Numbered from the stretch's first letter, positions 52,395 to 63,131 are shown. The stretch: 64,000 nt of DNA from Vulcanimicrobiota bacterium (GCA_963723515.1 CAVRQT010000003.1:864001-928000); one strand, 5' to 3'. Numbers and translations are program-made. The notes: generated from the letters alone by a model not told the origin.

Positions 52395-53885
52395 ATGTCG
52401 CTCGCGTCACGATTATTTTCGACGACGCAGATCGAGGAGTTGCGCGCGCTCGGCGCGCGCACAATCCTCAAGCGCGCGCTGACCGGCAAAGATCTCATCG
52501 CGATCGGTCTAGGCGCAATGATCGGCGGCGGAATCTTCACGACAATTGGGCCGGGCATCGCCAAAGCCGGTCCCGCGGTTATGGTCGCGTACGTGCTCGC
52601 CGGCGCTGCGTCGTTTTTCGCGGCGCTCTGCTACGCGGAGCTCGGTTCGATGGTGCCGATTGCCGGGAGCGCTTACACCTACGCGTACGCGACGCTCGGC
52701 CAAATCATCGCGTGGATTATCGGTTGGGACTTGATCCTGGAGTACGGGATCAGCGCCGCCCCGGTTGCCCAACAGTGGTCCGCGTACTTCCAAGACGCGT
52801 TGCTGAATCTCTTTGGTTGGAGCATGCCGGCGTGGGGCGCATCCGCCAAATACGTCTACAGCGGAGCGTGGTGGCACATGGACTTGGCGCACTCGCAATA
52901 TGACATCTTAGGAGCGCTTTTCGTGCTGCTGCTTTCCGCGCTGCTTGCGATCGGCGTCCGCGAAACGGCTACTTCTAACAACACGTTCGTCGTTGTCAAA
53001 GTCGGCGCGCTGATCGTGTTCATCATCGCCGGCCTCTTCTTGTTTCACGCGAGCAATCTGCGGCCGTTCGCACCGCTGGGGTGGGTCGCCGGAGGACCCG
53101 GAGGACTAGGGATCATCCCGGCAGCAGCGCTCGTGTTTTTTTCGTACATCGGTTTTGACACGGCAACGACCGCCGCCGAGGAATGCAAGAACCCGCAAGT
53201 CGACATTCCGGTTGGTGTTCTTGGGTCGCTGCTGATCGGCACGGTGCTCTACTGCTCGGTTGCGATTGTGCTTCTCGGTGTCGTTCCGTGGACGCACGTC
53301 GATCAAAAAGCGGCGCTTGCCGTCGCCCTTCGCCCGCTGCACAGCGCCGTTCTTGAATGGATCATCATCGCGGGCGCCCTCGCTGGAACTACCAGCGTCG
53401 CGTTGACTTCGTTATTCGGCCAGAGTCGAATCTTTTACGTGATGGCACGCGACAAGATGCTGCCGCCCTTTGTGGCTCGGATTCATCCGAAATTCCGCAC
53501 GCCCGCGCGCATGACGATGATCACCGGCTTCGTCGTTGCGTTGCTGACTGTGATCGTGCCGCTCGATTGGCTCTTAGAGCTCGTCAATATCGGAACGTTC
53601 AGCGCCTTCATCATCGTCTGTGCCGGTGTAGTGTTCTTGCGCTACCGGCGCCCTGACTTGCCGCGAAAATTCCGCTCGCCGTTTGTGCCGCTGTTTCCGA
53701 TCCTCGGCATCGTGCTCTCGCTGTACTTAGCGACACAGGGCCTCGGAAAATTCACGTGGTACCGCTTCGTCGGCTGGCTGATCGTGGGCTTGATCGTCTA
53801 TCTGGCTTACGGTTTTCGAAAATCCGATCCGGCAAAGATCAATATTCTCGAACCGGAGCCCGAAGCGCTCACAATCGAAGCGTAA
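52395..53885 (+). CDS. APC cationic amino acid permease
   Basis: G.MIGGGIF, ALCYAE...P.AGSAY.Y, FFSYIGFD, AEE.KNP, L.NIGT. Confidence 0.95.
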   Translation: MSLASRLFSTTQIEELRALGARTILKRALTGKDLIAIGLGAMIGGGIFTTIGPGIAKAGPAVMVAYVLAGAASFFAALCYAELGSMVPIAGSAYTYAYATLGQIIAWIIGWDLILEYGISAAPVAQQWSAYFQDALLNLFGWSMPAWGASAKYVYSGAWWHMDLAHSQYDILGALFVLLLSALLAIGVRETATSNNTFVVVKVGALIVFIIAGLFLFHASNLRPFAPLGWVAGGPGGLGIIPAAALVFFSYIGFDTATTAAEECKNPQVDIPVGVLGSLLIGTVLYCSVAIVLLGVVPWTHVDQKAALAVALRPLHSAVLEWIIIAGALAGTTSVALTSLFGQSRIFYVMARDKMLPPFVARIHPKFRTPARMTMITGFVVALLTVIVPLDWLLELVNIGTFSAFIIVCAGVVFLRYRRPDLPRKFRSPFVPLFPILGIVLSLYLATQGLGKFTWYRFVGWLIVGLIVYLAYGFRKSDPAKINILEPEPEALTIEA

Positions 53886-53888
53886 GCG

Positions 53889-54236
53889 TCAGCGCGAGAT
53901 TTTATCGCGCAGTTGCGCTGCGAAGGTCGCAGCATCCTGATCCGGCTCTAGCTGCACGATGATCTCTTTGTATGTTTCGTCGCGCGTCGTTATGGCGAGA
54001 CAGTTTTCTCCATTCGAGTAATCGAGAAACGCCCAACCGCCGTGGCCGAAGAACGTGCCGGCCATCTTAAAGCCCGGGGCGCTCGTGCCCATCAGCTTGC
54101 GCCAAGCGTCGCGCCAACCGCTGCGGTCTTCGATTGAGGCATCAACCACGTGCGAATACGGTACGTGAAGCGACCCATGCAGCGCGAAGAATTTTTCAAA
54201 CGGCGTCAATTCGATCGTCAGGCTCGTCCGAGTCAA
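53889..54236 (-). CDS. hypothetical protein
   Basis: 115-aa ORF filling the gap; EK..ALH....VP...V and G...PG...AGTF pattern. Confidence 0.65.
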   Translation of the reverse strand: MTRTSLTIELTPFEKFFALHGSLHVPYSHVVDASIEDRSGWRDAWRKLMGTSAPGFKMAGTFFGHGGWAFLDYSNGENCLAITTRDETYKEIIVQLEPDQDAATFAAQLRDKISR

Positions 54237-54309
54237 GGATAATTCTGGCCATGACGAGTGCTACTGAAGAACCGCCTGCGAGTTACAACGAACGCCTAGC
54301 GCGTGGAAG

Positions 54310-54786
54310 CTACGGGCTTTGTTCGGTGTCTGGTTGTGCGCCGGCTTCGATGACGCCCGGCGTATCGACGTCGATGCGCGCCGTGCGCCGGTCATAGCGC
54401 GTCTTGACGCCGAATGCGAGCGCGATTGACCGCAGCCCGACCATGACACGTCCGCGCACGCGAAATGGAGCGTGCCGGAGCGTCATGCGCGCGCCGTCGA
54501 GAGTCGCCTTTGTCGAGCCGACCCGAAACTCTAAGGTTTGAGCACCGCGCACGATCTCGATCGTGTTTTCCTTTGGTTCGAATCGCGTGTCAGCGCCGAG
54601 CGCCTCTGCGATCGCGCGCAACGGGACGAAGACGTCTTGGTCTTGCGTAACAGGCGGAACATCGGTCACGATTTTCTGACCGTCAACATGGACTTCAAGC
54701 GGACGCGAAAATGCCAATCCCGCCGAAACCGCTAAGGCGATGACGCCTGTGAGCGCAAGCGTTCTCAACCGTTCACGCATCGCCAT
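54310..54786 (-). CDS. copper-amine-oxidase N-terminal (stalk) domain secreted protein
   Basis: VDG.....DV.P, FVPLR.IAEALGA, AP....GR.MV.LR....FG. Confidence 0.85.
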   Translation of the reverse strand: MAMRERLRTLALTGVIALAVSAGLAFSRPLEVHVDGQKIVTDVPPVTQDQDVFVPLRAIAEALGADTRFEPKENTIEIVRGAQTLEFRVGSTKATLDGARMTLRHAPFRVRGRVMVGLRSIALAFGVKTRYDRRTARIDVDTPGVIEAGAQPDTEQSP

Positions 54787-54791
54787 CGACT

Positions 54792-55931
54792 TCAGGTGTG
54801 CACGATCTCGTGGGCATAGTCCGGATACTGTTCCTCGATCACTTTTTCGATTTCCACCCGCAAAGCGCCGAGCAACCGGTCTTCAGGAAACGTGCCGACA
54901 AGCTCGCCCTTGCGGTAGATTGCGCCCTTCCCTTTGCCACCGGCCACGCCGACGTCCGCCATCTTTGATTCGCCCGGACCATTTACTACACAGCCCATCA
55001 CAGCGACCTTAACGGGTGCTGAATATTCCTTCGCAATCGCTTCGACGCTGCGGCCTAATTCGAGAACGTCAATATCCGCTCGTCCGCACGACGGACAGGC
55101 CGTTATCTCGAAGCCCTTTTCTCGCAAGCCGAGCGCTTTGAGAATCCCCCAACAGACCGGTACTTCTTCAACCGGATCGGCCGCAAGCGAACAGCGCAGC
55201 GTATCGCCGATACCTTCGAAAAGCAGCATTCCTAGGCCGAGCGCCGATTTGATCGTGCCGTCGCGTATCATGCCGGCTTCGGTAATTCCGAGATGAAAGG
55301 CATAAGGCGTTTTGCGGTCTACAAGCCGCTTATCCATCAAACGGTAAGCGAAGACCGTTGTCGGAACGTCGTGCGCTTTCAGCGAGATGACGATATCCGT
55401 GTGACCGAGATCTTCCAGAATTTGCACGTGCCGCATCGCCGATTCGACCATCGCCTCCGCGGTGTGTCCCATCGCTTTTTCCAAGTCAGGCGCGAGCGAG
55501 CCCATGTTGACACCGATGCGGATTGGCGTGCCACGCTGCTTTGCTAGCTCGACCACTTCTTTCGTCTTATTGTAGTCGCGAATGTTTCCCGGATTCAGGC
55601 GCAATTTCGCGACGCCCGCTTCAATCGCGGCTAGCGCCATGCGGTGATCGAAGTGAATGTCGGCCACGATCGGAACCGGTGAACGCTTGACGATGTGCGG
55701 CAAGCCGGCGGCATCTCTGGGATCCTGGACGGTGCAACGAACGACTTCGCAGCCTTCCATCGCGAGCGCATACACTTGGGTCAACGTCGCATCATAATCT
55801 GCCGTATCGGTCGTCGTCATCGACTGTACGACGATCGGATGATCGCCGCCAATCCAGACGCCTTTGGCGTCCGATTCGTCAACTTTATTCTTGAGAAACA
55901 CCGGCTTGCTGGGCCGGCGCAGCCGTATCAT
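54792..55931 (-). CDS. ispG: HMBPP synthase
   Basis: VQSMT.T.T, ADIHF, RLNPGN, RIGVN.GS, CPSCGR, MGCVVNGPGE. Confidence 0.97.
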   Translation of the reverse strand: MIRLRRPSKPVFLKNKVDESDAKGVWIGGDHPIVVQSMTTTDTADYDATLTQVYALAMEGCEVVRCTVQDPRDAAGLPHIVKRSPVPIVADIHFDHRMALAAIEAGVAKLRLNPGNIRDYNKTKEVVELAKQRGTPIRIGVNMGSLAPDLEKAMGHTAEAMVESAMRHVQILEDLGHTDIVISLKAHDVPTTVFAYRLMDKRLVDRKTPYAFHLGITEAGMIRDGTIKSALGLGMLLFEGIGDTLRCSLAADPVEEVPVCWGILKALGLREKGFEITACPSCGRADIDVLELGRSVEAIAKEYSAPVKVAVMGCVVNGPGESKMADVGVAGGKGKGAIYRKGELVGTFPEDRLLGALRVEIEKVIEEQYPDYAHEIVHT

Positions 55932-55932
55932 T

Positions 55933-57075
55933 CTAGAAAACCGCCTTGCCTTGCACGATCTTTGCGATGTCGTGATATGCGACAAATAGCATTAGCATCA
56001 TCAGCATCGCGAAACCTGCGACGTGCACGAGCGCTTCCTTCTCCGGATCAACGGGCTTGCCGCGTAGCGTCTCGGCGAGAATGAAGGCCGCGCGGCCGCC
56101 GTCCAGCGCCGGAAGCGGCAGCAAGTTCAGTATGCCGAGCGAGAGCGAAATCATCGCCGCCAAATCGATGTATGGCGCCCACCCGAAATCTTGAATCGTT
56201 GCGGCGGCGCGGCCCATGCCGATGACGCCGGTCAAGCTTCCCGCATATCGCGCGGGATGCATGACAATCATGGCCAGTCGCTGCACGCTCTGCTGCACCA
56301 TGTCAACCATCGACGATCCGGCGTAAACGATTGCAACGCCGAACGGAACGCGCTCGTAGCGCGGAATGGGCTGAAATCCGATACAGCCTTGATGCGGCGG
56401 GTTCGGCGGCGGACACAGCGCTGCCACGAGGGTCTTTTCGAATGTAACCCCATTGCGTTCAAAGGTAATCCGTAGTCGCTTACCTTCCGAGCGGTGGATC
56501 ACGTTGACGAGTTCGTCACCATTTCGAACGGCCTGTCCGTTTAGCGCCAAAATGCGATCGCCGACTTGCACGCCGGCTTTTTGCGCCGGCATGCCGTCCA
56601 TCAACGGACCGACGATGGGCTGCTCTTGACGGCTCGCGACGCCGAATGCAAAAGCCGCCACGAAGAGCAACGCGAAGGTCAAAATGAAATTCGCGAGCGG
56701 CCCGGCCAAGACGATACCTAAGCGCGTCATTGCGGACTTGCTCTGAAAATTCTCGGGATCGTGCTCGCGAATCCCGGCGGCGCGAGCGTGCCGCTGCTGC
56801 TCCGCTTCAGTCGATTTTCCATCCTCGCCTTGCATCGCACAGTAACCGCCGAGCGGCAGCAAGTTGAGCGCATACGTGGTGCGCGATCGTGGGCTCGTCC
56901 ATTTCAAGAGCTTGGGCCCGAAGCCGACCGCAAATTCATTGACCCGAACGCCGCTGCGCCGCGCCATGAGAAAATGGCCGAACTCGTGCAGCACGACGAG
57001 CACCGATAACATGATCAAGAACGTGACGATCTTCTCGACCTGCGTCAGATCGACAAGCAGTGTGGCGAGCATCAA
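55933..57075 (-). CDS. rseP: RIP metalloprotease (M50) with PDZ domain
   Basis: HEFGH, P.GGY, AGP..N, NLLPLPALDGG. Confidence 0.95.
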   Translation of the reverse strand: MMLATLLVDLTQVEKIVTFLIMLSVLVVLHEFGHFLMARRSGVRVNEFAVGFGPKLLKWTSPRSRTTYALNLLPLGGYCAMQGEDGKSTEAEQQRHARAAGIREHDPENFQSKSAMTRLGIVLAGPLANFILTFALLFVAAFAFGVASRQEQPIVGPLMDGMPAQKAGVQVGDRILALNGQAVRNGDELVNVIHRSEGKRLRITFERNGVTFEKTLVAALCPPPNPPHQGCIGFQPIPRYERVPFGVAIVYAGSSMVDMVQQSVQRLAMIVMHPARYAGSLTGVIGMGRAAATIQDFGWAPYIDLAAMISLSLGILNLLPLPALDGGRAAFILAETLRGKPVDPEKEALVHVAGFAMLMMLMLFVAYHDIAKIVQGKAVF

Positions 57076-58265
57076 ACCCCTATCCGTTCACGATGTTCTT
57101 GTACCGCCGAACGCGCCGCCTCTCGCGCCGAGCCGTCTGCCGCCCGGACGCTTTCGCCCGATACCGCAGCGGAAGGCACCGCATCCAGCGCCCTCTCTAT
57201 AACCTCGGGGATCGCGCAAAAGCCGATCTCCCCCTTAACAAACGCCGCGACGGCGATTTCGTTCGCCGCCGAGAGGATGGCCGGCGCTGTGCCGCCGAGC
57301 GCCGCCGCACGGTAAGCGAGCGTAATGCATGGGAAGCGCACGGGATCGGGCGGCTCAAAATCGTAGACGAGGTGCGTCTGATCGGAGCGATCGCCGAGCG
57401 TCGTAAGCGAGCCCGCGAATTCCGAGGCGCCGCGCAAGCGCTCCGGATAGCTGAGGGCATAGCCGATCGGCAGGCGCATATCCGGCGCCGCGACTTGCAT
57501 CTTTACGCTTCCATCGGTGAAGACCACCGCACCGTGAGCAATGCTTTGCGGGTGGACGACGATCTCAACGCGCTCCGCCGGAATGCCGAAGAGTTGCGCC
57601 GCTTCGATCACTTCGAGGCCTTTGTTCATGAGCGTCGCCGAATCGATCGTATTTTTCACGCCCATCTGCCAGGTTGGGTGTGCCAGCGCTTCTTCAAGCG
57701 TGACGGATCGCAATTCGACTGCGCTCCTCCGCCAAAACGGGCCGCCGGACGCCGTCAAGATGATGCGCTGAACCGCATCGCGATCCTCGCCTACGAGGCA
57801 TTGAAAGATGGCGCTGTGTTCGCTGTCGACCGGGATCACTTGCGCGCCGCCTTTACGCGCAGTGCGCATCAGCAGCTCGCCCGCCGCAACGATGAGTTCT
57901 TTGTTGGCAATCGCCAGATCGATTCCGCGCTCCGCAGCGGCAAAGACGGCGTCAAACGCCGCAAAACCGTCGGTCGCTGCCAAAATCATGTCCGCGCCGC
58001 TTTCGAGCGCCACGCTCGACAAGCCGGCGCAGCCTGAAACGATGCGCGGCCCATTGGGAAGCGCGGCACGCAAGCTTTCCAAACTCTCTTCGCCAATCGA
58101 AACGATCGCCGGAGAAAAACGGCTTGCCTGCGCTGCAAGTTTGTCGGCGCTGCGTGACGCTGCTAATCCGACAACCCGGAATCGCTCGGCATGCGCACCG
58201 ATGACATCCAGGGCTTGCGTACCGATTGAGCCGGTCGATCCAAGAATCGCGATCTTCTTAACCAT
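57072..58265 (-). CDS. dxr: 1-deoxy-D-xylulose-5-phosphate reductoisomerase
   Basis: LGSTGSIG, ANKE, PVDSEH, HPTW.MG.K.TIDSAT, PDMRLPI. Confidence 0.97.
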   Translation of the reverse strand: MVKKIAILGSTGSIGTQALDVIGAHAERFRVVGLAASRSADKLAAQASRFSPAIVSIGEESLESLRAALPNGPRIVSGCAGLSSVALESGADMILAATDGFAAFDAVFAAAERGIDLAIANKELIVAAGELLMRTARKGGAQVIPVDSEHSAIFQCLVGEDRDAVQRIILTASGGPFWRRSAVELRSVTLEEALAHPTWQMGVKNTIDSATLMNKGLEVIEAAQLFGIPAERVEIVVHPQSIAHGAVVFTDGSVKMQVAAPDMRLPIGYALSYPERLRGASEFAGSLTTLGDRSDQTHLVYDFEPPDPVRFPCITLAYRAAALGGTAPAILSAANEIAVAAFVKGEIGFCAIPEVIERALDAVPSAAVSGESVRAADGSAREAARSAVQEHRERIGV

Positions 58266-58268
58266 CGC

Positions 58269-58294
58269 TGTCACCCTGAGCTATTGCCGAAGGG
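58269..58294. repeat. REP-like repeat between cdsA and dxr
   Basis: TGTCACCCTGAGCTATTGCCGAAGGG. Confidence 0.75.
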
Positions 58295-58301
58295 TTCTTC
58301 A

Positions 58302-59102
58302 TTATTGAACGCTCAGGACGCCGGCTAAATGCAGCGATCCAAAGAATGCCATGCCGCCGAAAAGATAGGAATCAAACCGATCTAAGACGCCGCCATGACC
58401 GCCGATCACCGTGCCGGTATCTTTCACGCCTGCGTCGCGCTTCAGGGCCGACTCAACGAGATCGCCGGCCTGCGCCGCAATGCAGGTCAGCGCACCGATC
58501 AACGTGCTTTGCCACCAAACGAGGTGCAATGGACCATAGAAGCTGGCACAGTAGCCGACGGCCGTAACGACGATCAGTGCGCCCAGCGCGCCTTCAACCG
58601 TTTTCTGTGGTGAAACGGCCATGAGCGGCGTACGGCCGGCGACGCCACCGACCAGCATCGCCATGATGTCGGTCAGCGCGATCAGAACGATGACGAAAAT
58701 CGTGTACATGACGCCGATACCCGGCAGCATGCGGATAAAAATGAAATACGTGAGCAGCTTACCGATGTAGAGCACGGCTAAGAGCGTATAAGCGGTGCGC
58801 GCAAAGTAGCCTTTTTGTTCGCCGTACATGCCCAGCCAAAACGAAGCGATGATGACCGCGGCGAGCAAAACGCCTTCCCACTTATGCAGCAAGTCGAATG
58901 TCGCCAGGACGACGTACGCCGTCACGGCGACCGCGGCAACGGGCAGTTCGAGCCCTTGGCCTTTACGCTCGCAAAGCTGTGCGAGCTCCCAAAGCGCGAT
59001 CCATCCGATGATCAGGACGAGCGCGTAAAACGCATAGTTGTAAAAGACCGCGCCGATACCCAGCGCGGCCAGCCCCACACCGACGGCGATCCGCCGGTTT
59101 AA
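58302..59102 (-). CDS. cdsA: phosphatidate cytidylyltransferase
   Basis: SP.KTVEG, GDLVES.LKR..GVKD.G....HGG.LDRFDS. Start uncertain. Confidence 0.95.
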   Translation of the reverse strand, partial: LNRRIAVGVGLAALGIGAVFYNYAFYALVLIIGWIALWELAQLCERKGQGLELPVAAVAVTAYVVLATFDLLHKWEGVLLAAVIIASFWLGMYGEQKGYFARTAYTLLAVLYIGKLLTYFIFIRMLPGIGVMYTIFVIVLIALTDIMAMLVGGVAGRTPLMAVSPQKTVEGALGALIVVTAVGYCASFYGPLHLVWWQSTLIGALTCIAAQAGDLVESALKRDAGVKDTGTVIGGHGGVLDRFDSYLFGGMAFFGSLHLAGVLSVQ

Positions 59103-59845
59103 GCTCCCCCAAACCGCCGTTGACGCTTTTGAAACTCGATAAGTGCTCGTCGAAAGTGTTCCTTCGTAAAATCCGGCCAATAGACGTCGCACATATACAA
59201 TTCCGTATAGGCAACTTGGTAGAGCAGAAAGTTCGAGAGCCGCTGTTCGCCTCCCGGGCGAATCAAGATATCGGGGTCCGGAAGCTGCGATGTGTAGAGG
59301 TACGACGCGATCGATTCCTCATCGATCGAATGCGGATCGAGCCGGCCCTGCGCCGCATCGGTTGCCATGGCGGCAATCGCATCGCGCAACTCGGCACGAG
59401 CGCTGTAATTGACCGCGAGATTGAGCAATACGCCGTGATTCGAAGCCGTCTCTGCGACGAGCCGCTCGAGCGCCGCAACCGAAGAACGGGGCAGCGCGCG
59501 GTAACGGCCCAAAAGGTTGACGCGAACGTCGTTGCGCTTCAGCTCCGCAAGCTCGCTCTGCGCGAAGTAGACGCAGAGGTCGAGCAGCAGCGAAATTTCT
59601 TTTGAATCGCGGCGCCAGTTTTCTGTCGAGAAGCCGTAGACCGTCAGAATGCGGACGCCGAAATCGCGCGCCGCGTGCGTCGCTTCCCGAAGCGCGATGA
59701 TGCCGCGGCGATGGCCTTCGATCGCCGGCAAATGACGCTCCCGCGCCCAGCGACGATTGCCGTCCATGATGATCGCGACGTGGCGCGGTGCGTGCGCCGA
59801 GTCGAGCTGCGTGGTCGGAAGTGCCTTAACGCTCGATTCGTTCAT
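59099..59845 (-). CDS. uppS: undecaprenyl diphosphate synthase
   Basis: HVAIIMDGNRRWA, FSTENW.R, GE.RLSNFLL.Q, WPDF, RRFG. Confidence 0.97.
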   Translation of the reverse strand: MNESSVKALPTTQLDSAHAPRHVAIIMDGNRRWARERHLPAIEGHRRGIIALREATHAARDFGVRILTVYGFSTENWRRDSKEISLLLDLCVYFAQSELAELKRNDVRVNLLGRYRALPRSSVAALERLVAETASNHGVLLNLAVNYSARAELRDAIAAMATDAAQGRLDPHSIDEESIASYLYTSQLPDPDILIRPGGEQRLSNFLLYQVAYTELYMCDVYWPDFTKEHFRRALIEFQKRQRRFGGA

Positions 59846-60074
59846 ACCAATCGTATCCGGCCACGACCTCAAGCTCAGATTCTTGCTTGCGGGGGCGTAT
59901 CCGCAGCGCCCGCAACTTTCCGCATCCAAAGGCGGGAACGACCGGACGCAAGATCGTCAAGGTGATCGGCTTACCCTCGCTTTGCAAAAGACGCCGCGCT
60001 TGCACCTCAGGCATCAAGATCAGGTCCGCATGATGAGCTGGCCGCGGTGCGGCGTGCCGTGGGTCTGCTGCCAT
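59826..60074 (-). CDS. small hypothetical protein between frr and uppS
   Basis: Fits the operon and overlaps the uppS start; true start may be 60014. Confidence 0.5.
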   Translation of the reverse strand: MAADPRHAAPRPAHHADLILMPEVQARRLLQSEGKPITLTILRPVVPAFGCGKLRALRIRPRKQESELEVVAGYDWYERIER

Positions 60075-60185
60075 TATCCGCCTGCGATTTTTTCGTGATT
60101 CGAGGCGCGAGGAAGGAGCAACGCCGTTCCGTTGTGACTGAGGAGCAACGCTGAAGCACGGGAAAAGCGTAGGTGGAGAATGGCA
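60069..60185. repeat. MITE-like palindromic element
   Basis: 33-bp imperfect terminal inverted repeats around a core with AGGAGCAACGC twice. Confidence 0.65.
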
Positions 60186-60207
60186 ACGTGATTCACGGTG
60201 CGCCGCA

Positions 60208-60765
60208 CTACACTTCCAAAATTTCTTTTTCTTTGCTGGCGCCCAGCGTGTCGATCTCTTTGACGTACTTGTCCGTTAATTTTTGCAATTGGTCTTGGAA
60301 GCGCTTGTTGTCGTCTTCCGTAATCTCGTGCGTCTTCAATTGGGCGCGAATGTCGTCGTGGTAATGATGGCGGATGTTGCGGATAGCAACTCGGCCGTCT
60401 TCCGCTTTCTTGCGAACGACTTTCACGAGCTCTTTGCGGCGATCTTCGGTGAGCGGCGGGACGCTCAAGCGGATCGTGCTGCCGTCGACATTAGGCGTCA
60501 GTCCCAAGTCGCTCTTCTCGATCGCTTTTCGTATGTCGCCCACGGTGTTCCGGTCGAAGGCGGTGATCGCAAGGGATCGAGGATCGGGCACGCTGACGCT
60601 GGCCACTTGTTTGAGGGGCAACGATGATCCGTATGCTTCGACGTGAAGCCGGTCGAGCAACGCCGGCGTGGCACGGCCCGTGCGAACCGATGCGAACTCC
60701 GCGCGCGTCGCTTCGATCGCCTTTTGCATCTTGGATTCCGCTTCTTTGAAGAGTTGCTCGGTCAT
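60208..60765 (-). CDS. frr: ribosome recycling factor
   Basis: RTGRA.P, YG...PL, LGL.P, P.LTE.RR.EL.K, R..IRNIR. Confidence 0.97.
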   Translation of the reverse strand: MTEQLFKEAESKMQKAIEATRAEFASVRTGRATPALLDRLHVEAYGSSLPLKQVASVSVPDPRSLAITAFDRNTVGDIRKAIEKSDLGLTPNVDGSTIRLSVPPLTEDRRKELVKVVRKKAEDGRVAIRNIRHHYHDDIRAQLKTHEITEDDNKRFQDQLQKLTDKYVKEIDTLGASKEKEILEV

Positions 60766-61562
60766 CGCGTTTGGCCTGCGGCCGGTACGACTGCATCGGG
60801 CACCTCACTCGCGGCCACACTGCGCATCCTTTGCGAAGCGGCGACTTTCCCGACGAAGGTGCCGATCTGTTCGCCCCACACGACGCGCCGAATGTTGCCG
60901 ACAACGGACATATCGAAGACGATCATCGGCAAATTGTTGTCCATGCAAAGCGTTAACGCCGTACTGTCCATCACCTCGAGCCCGCGCTGCAACACTTCCA
61001 AGTAATCGAGCTGCTCGAAGCGATCCGCACTCGGATGCTTCTTTGGATCGGCGGAGTAAATGCCGTCCACCTTTGTCGCCTTGAGAATCGCTTGCGCGTT
61101 GACTTCTACCGCGCGTAATGCTGCTGTAGTATCCGTCGTAAAGTACGGGTTGCCCGTTCCGGCCGCAAAGATCACGACGCGGCCCTTTTCGAGATGCCGG
61201 ATTGCACGGCGCCGGATATACGGTTCGGCAATTTCGTGCATCGCAATTGCGGTTTGCACGCGCGACGGCGCGCCCATGCGCTCGAGCGCATCTTGGAGCG
61301 CCAGTGCGTTGATGACGGTCGCCAACATTCCCATGTAGTCCGCAGTGGCGCGATCCATCCCATGGGCCTCGTGCAACTTCCCGCGCCAAATGTTGCCGCC
61401 GCCGACGACGACCGCCACGGAGACGCCGTCGTGGGCGACTTCGGCAATCTGCCGCGCCATGCTCTGCGTCGTCTCAACGTCAACGCCGGTTTCCGTGCCG
61501 GAGAAGGCTTCTCCGGAAATCTTCAGCAGAACCCGAGCGTACTTGGGCGCCGTGCTCTTTAT
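60762..61562 (-). CDS. pyrH: uridylate kinase
   Basis: [38 protein letters not shown]. Probable ATA start. Confidence 0.97.
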   Translation of the reverse strand: MKSTAPKYARVLLKISGEAFSGTETGVDVETTQSMARQIAEVAHDGVSVAVVVGGGNIWRGKLHEAHGMDRATADYMGMLATVINALALQDALERMGAPSRVQTAIAMHEIAEPYIRRRAIRHLEKGRVVIFAAGTGNPYFTTDTTAALRAVEVNAQAILKATKVDGIYSADPKKHPSADRFEQLDYLEVLQRGLEVMDSTALTLCMDNNLPMIVFDMSVVGNIRRVVWGEQIGTFVGKVAASQRMRSVAASEVPDAVVPAAGQTR

Positions 61563-62167
61563 TGCGAATCTCCTAACGCAAAGCGCGCGAAGCGCCGTAT
61601 GACGATGCGTTCGCCGAGGATGCCGACAGCACTCGCGATCAATTCGCCGACCGTCAACGTGTCGTCTTTGACGAAGGGCTGATCGACCAGGCACGTTTCC
61701 TCGTACCAGCGACGCAACTTGCCCTCTACGATGCGTTGCGCGATCTCTGCAGATTTTTCTGCCGGCACATCCTCTGCGAATTCATCACGTTTGGCGGTAA
61801 GGACATCGGCCGGAACACTTTCGCGGTCGATGTAAAGCGGTGACATGGCGGCGACATGCATCGAAATATCACGCGCTAAGGCCACGAATTTCTCGCTGCG
61901 CGCGACAAAGTCGGTCTCGCTGTTCAGCTCAACCAGCACGCCAATTTTTCCGCCGGGATGAATGTAGGAGGCGATCAGGCCTTCATCTGCGGTACGCTCG
62001 GCCTTCTTTGCCGCCTGCGCTTGACCACGCTCGAGGAGCAATTTTTGTGCGTGTTCCGTATCGCCGTTCGCTTCAATCAGCGCATTGCGGCAATCCATCA
62101 TCGGCGCTTGCACCTTATCACGCAGCGCTTTGATCTCGCTCGGACTCGGTTGGTAGGTCGTCGTCAT
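61559..62167 (-). CDS. tsf: elongation factor Ts (short form)
   Basis: MMDC..AL, EG....[21 protein letters not shown]. Confidence 0.97.
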   Translation of the reverse strand: MTTTYQPSPSEIKALRDKVQAPMMDCRNALIEANGDTEHAQKLLLERGQAQAAKKAERTADEGLIASYIHPGGKIGVLVELNSETDFVARSEKFVALARDISMHVAAMSPLYIDRESVPADVLTAKRDEFAEDVPAEKSAEIAQRIVEGKLRRWYEETCLVDQPFVKDDTLTVGELIASAVGILGERIVIRRFARFALGDSQ

Positions 62168-62946
62168 GAACCGGCGGCCGCCTCCTCCACAGCGGGGACC
62201 GATTCGGCGTAGGCGCTGTAGTCGATCGTTTCACCGTCGCCCTCGATGTCGAGCGAACTCTCGGTTTCGGTCTTGCCCTCGATGATCGCATCCGCAATCT
62301 TGCTGACCATCAATTTGACGGCCCGAATCGCATCATCATTGCCGGGGATCAAATAATCGATTTCATCGGGATCGCAATTCGTGTCGACGACCGCAATAAT
62401 CGGAATCTTCAATTTGCGAGCCTCGAGCACCGCGATGCGCTCTTTCTTCGGATCCACAATGAAGACCGCATCCGGCAAGCGATGCATCTCTTTGATGCCG
62501 CCCAAGAAGCGCTCCAGCCGGCTCAACTCATCCTGCAGCTTGCTGACTTCCTTCTTGGGAAGCATCTCGAAGCGGCCTTGTTGCTTCATCTCCTCAAGCT
62601 CGCGCAATCGCGAAATTCGCTTTTGGATCGTCGAAAAGTTCGTGAGGGTACCGCCGAGCCAGCGCTGGTTCACGTAAAAGGTGCCGGCGCGCTCCGCTTC
62701 GTCTTTAATAACGTCTTGGGCTTGCTTCTTCGTACCAACGAAGAGAATGATCTTATTTTCGCGCGCCATCTGACGCAAAATGTCGTAGACCTGGCGCAGG
62801 CGCGCCACAGTTTGCGAGAGATCGATGATGTAGATGCCGTTGCGCTCTTGGAAGATGTAGGGCTTCATCTTCGGATTCCAGCGGCGCGTCTGGTGTCCGA
62901 AGTGCACGCCCGCCTCAAGCAGCGCCTTCATTGAAATGACCGACAT
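62164..62946 (-). CDS. rpsB: 30S ribosomal protein S2
   Basis: [10 protein letters not shown]...WNPKM, RWLGG.LTN, DTNCDP, PGNDD. Confidence 0.98.
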   Translation of the reverse strand: MSVISMKALLEAGVHFGHQTRRWNPKMKPYIFQERNGIYIIDLSQTVARLRQVYDILRQMARENKIILFVGTKKQAQDVIKDEAERAGTFYVNQRWLGGTLTNFSTIQKRISRLRELEEMKQQGRFEMLPKKEVSKLQDELSRLERFLGGIKEMHRLPDAVFIVDPKKERIAVLEARKLKIPIIAVVDTNCDPDEIDYLIPGNDDAIRAVKLMVSKIADAIIEGKTETESSLDIEGDGETIDYSAYAESVPAVEEAAAGS

Positions 62947-62959
62947 GGCGGTAAGTTTC

Positions 62960-63063
62960 TCCTAACTGGTCCCAGGCGGTCGGCCCTCCTGGCGCCGCCT
63001 ACGTGGAACCATCGCCACCCTTCATCCTGAGGGGTGAAGTCCAAACTGGGGCCGAGTATAGCA
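62960..63063 (-). promoter_or_regulatory. rpsB extended -10 promoter (TGCTATACT, 63055-63063) and structured 5' leader
   Basis: Two stem-loops lie between the -10 box and the AGGAG Shine-Dalgarno. Confidence 0.55.
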
Positions 63064-63131
63064 CGCGTCCGAAACGAGCGTCCAGCGTAAAGGCCGCAGG
63101 ACCGGGTCGCGGAACTGGAAACGGGATTCTC

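Noticed and set aside
57060..58037. Long antisense ORFs (e.g. 57060-58037, 21799-22614, 14485-15237, 20000-20713)
   Set aside because: They shadow well-supported genes on the opposite strand, which is expected at high GC, and show no recognisable motifs.
61563..61694. 44-aa N-terminal extension of PyrH from the ORF track
   Set aside because: It is an out-of-frame reading of tsf, Arg-rich and not homologous to uridylate kinases.
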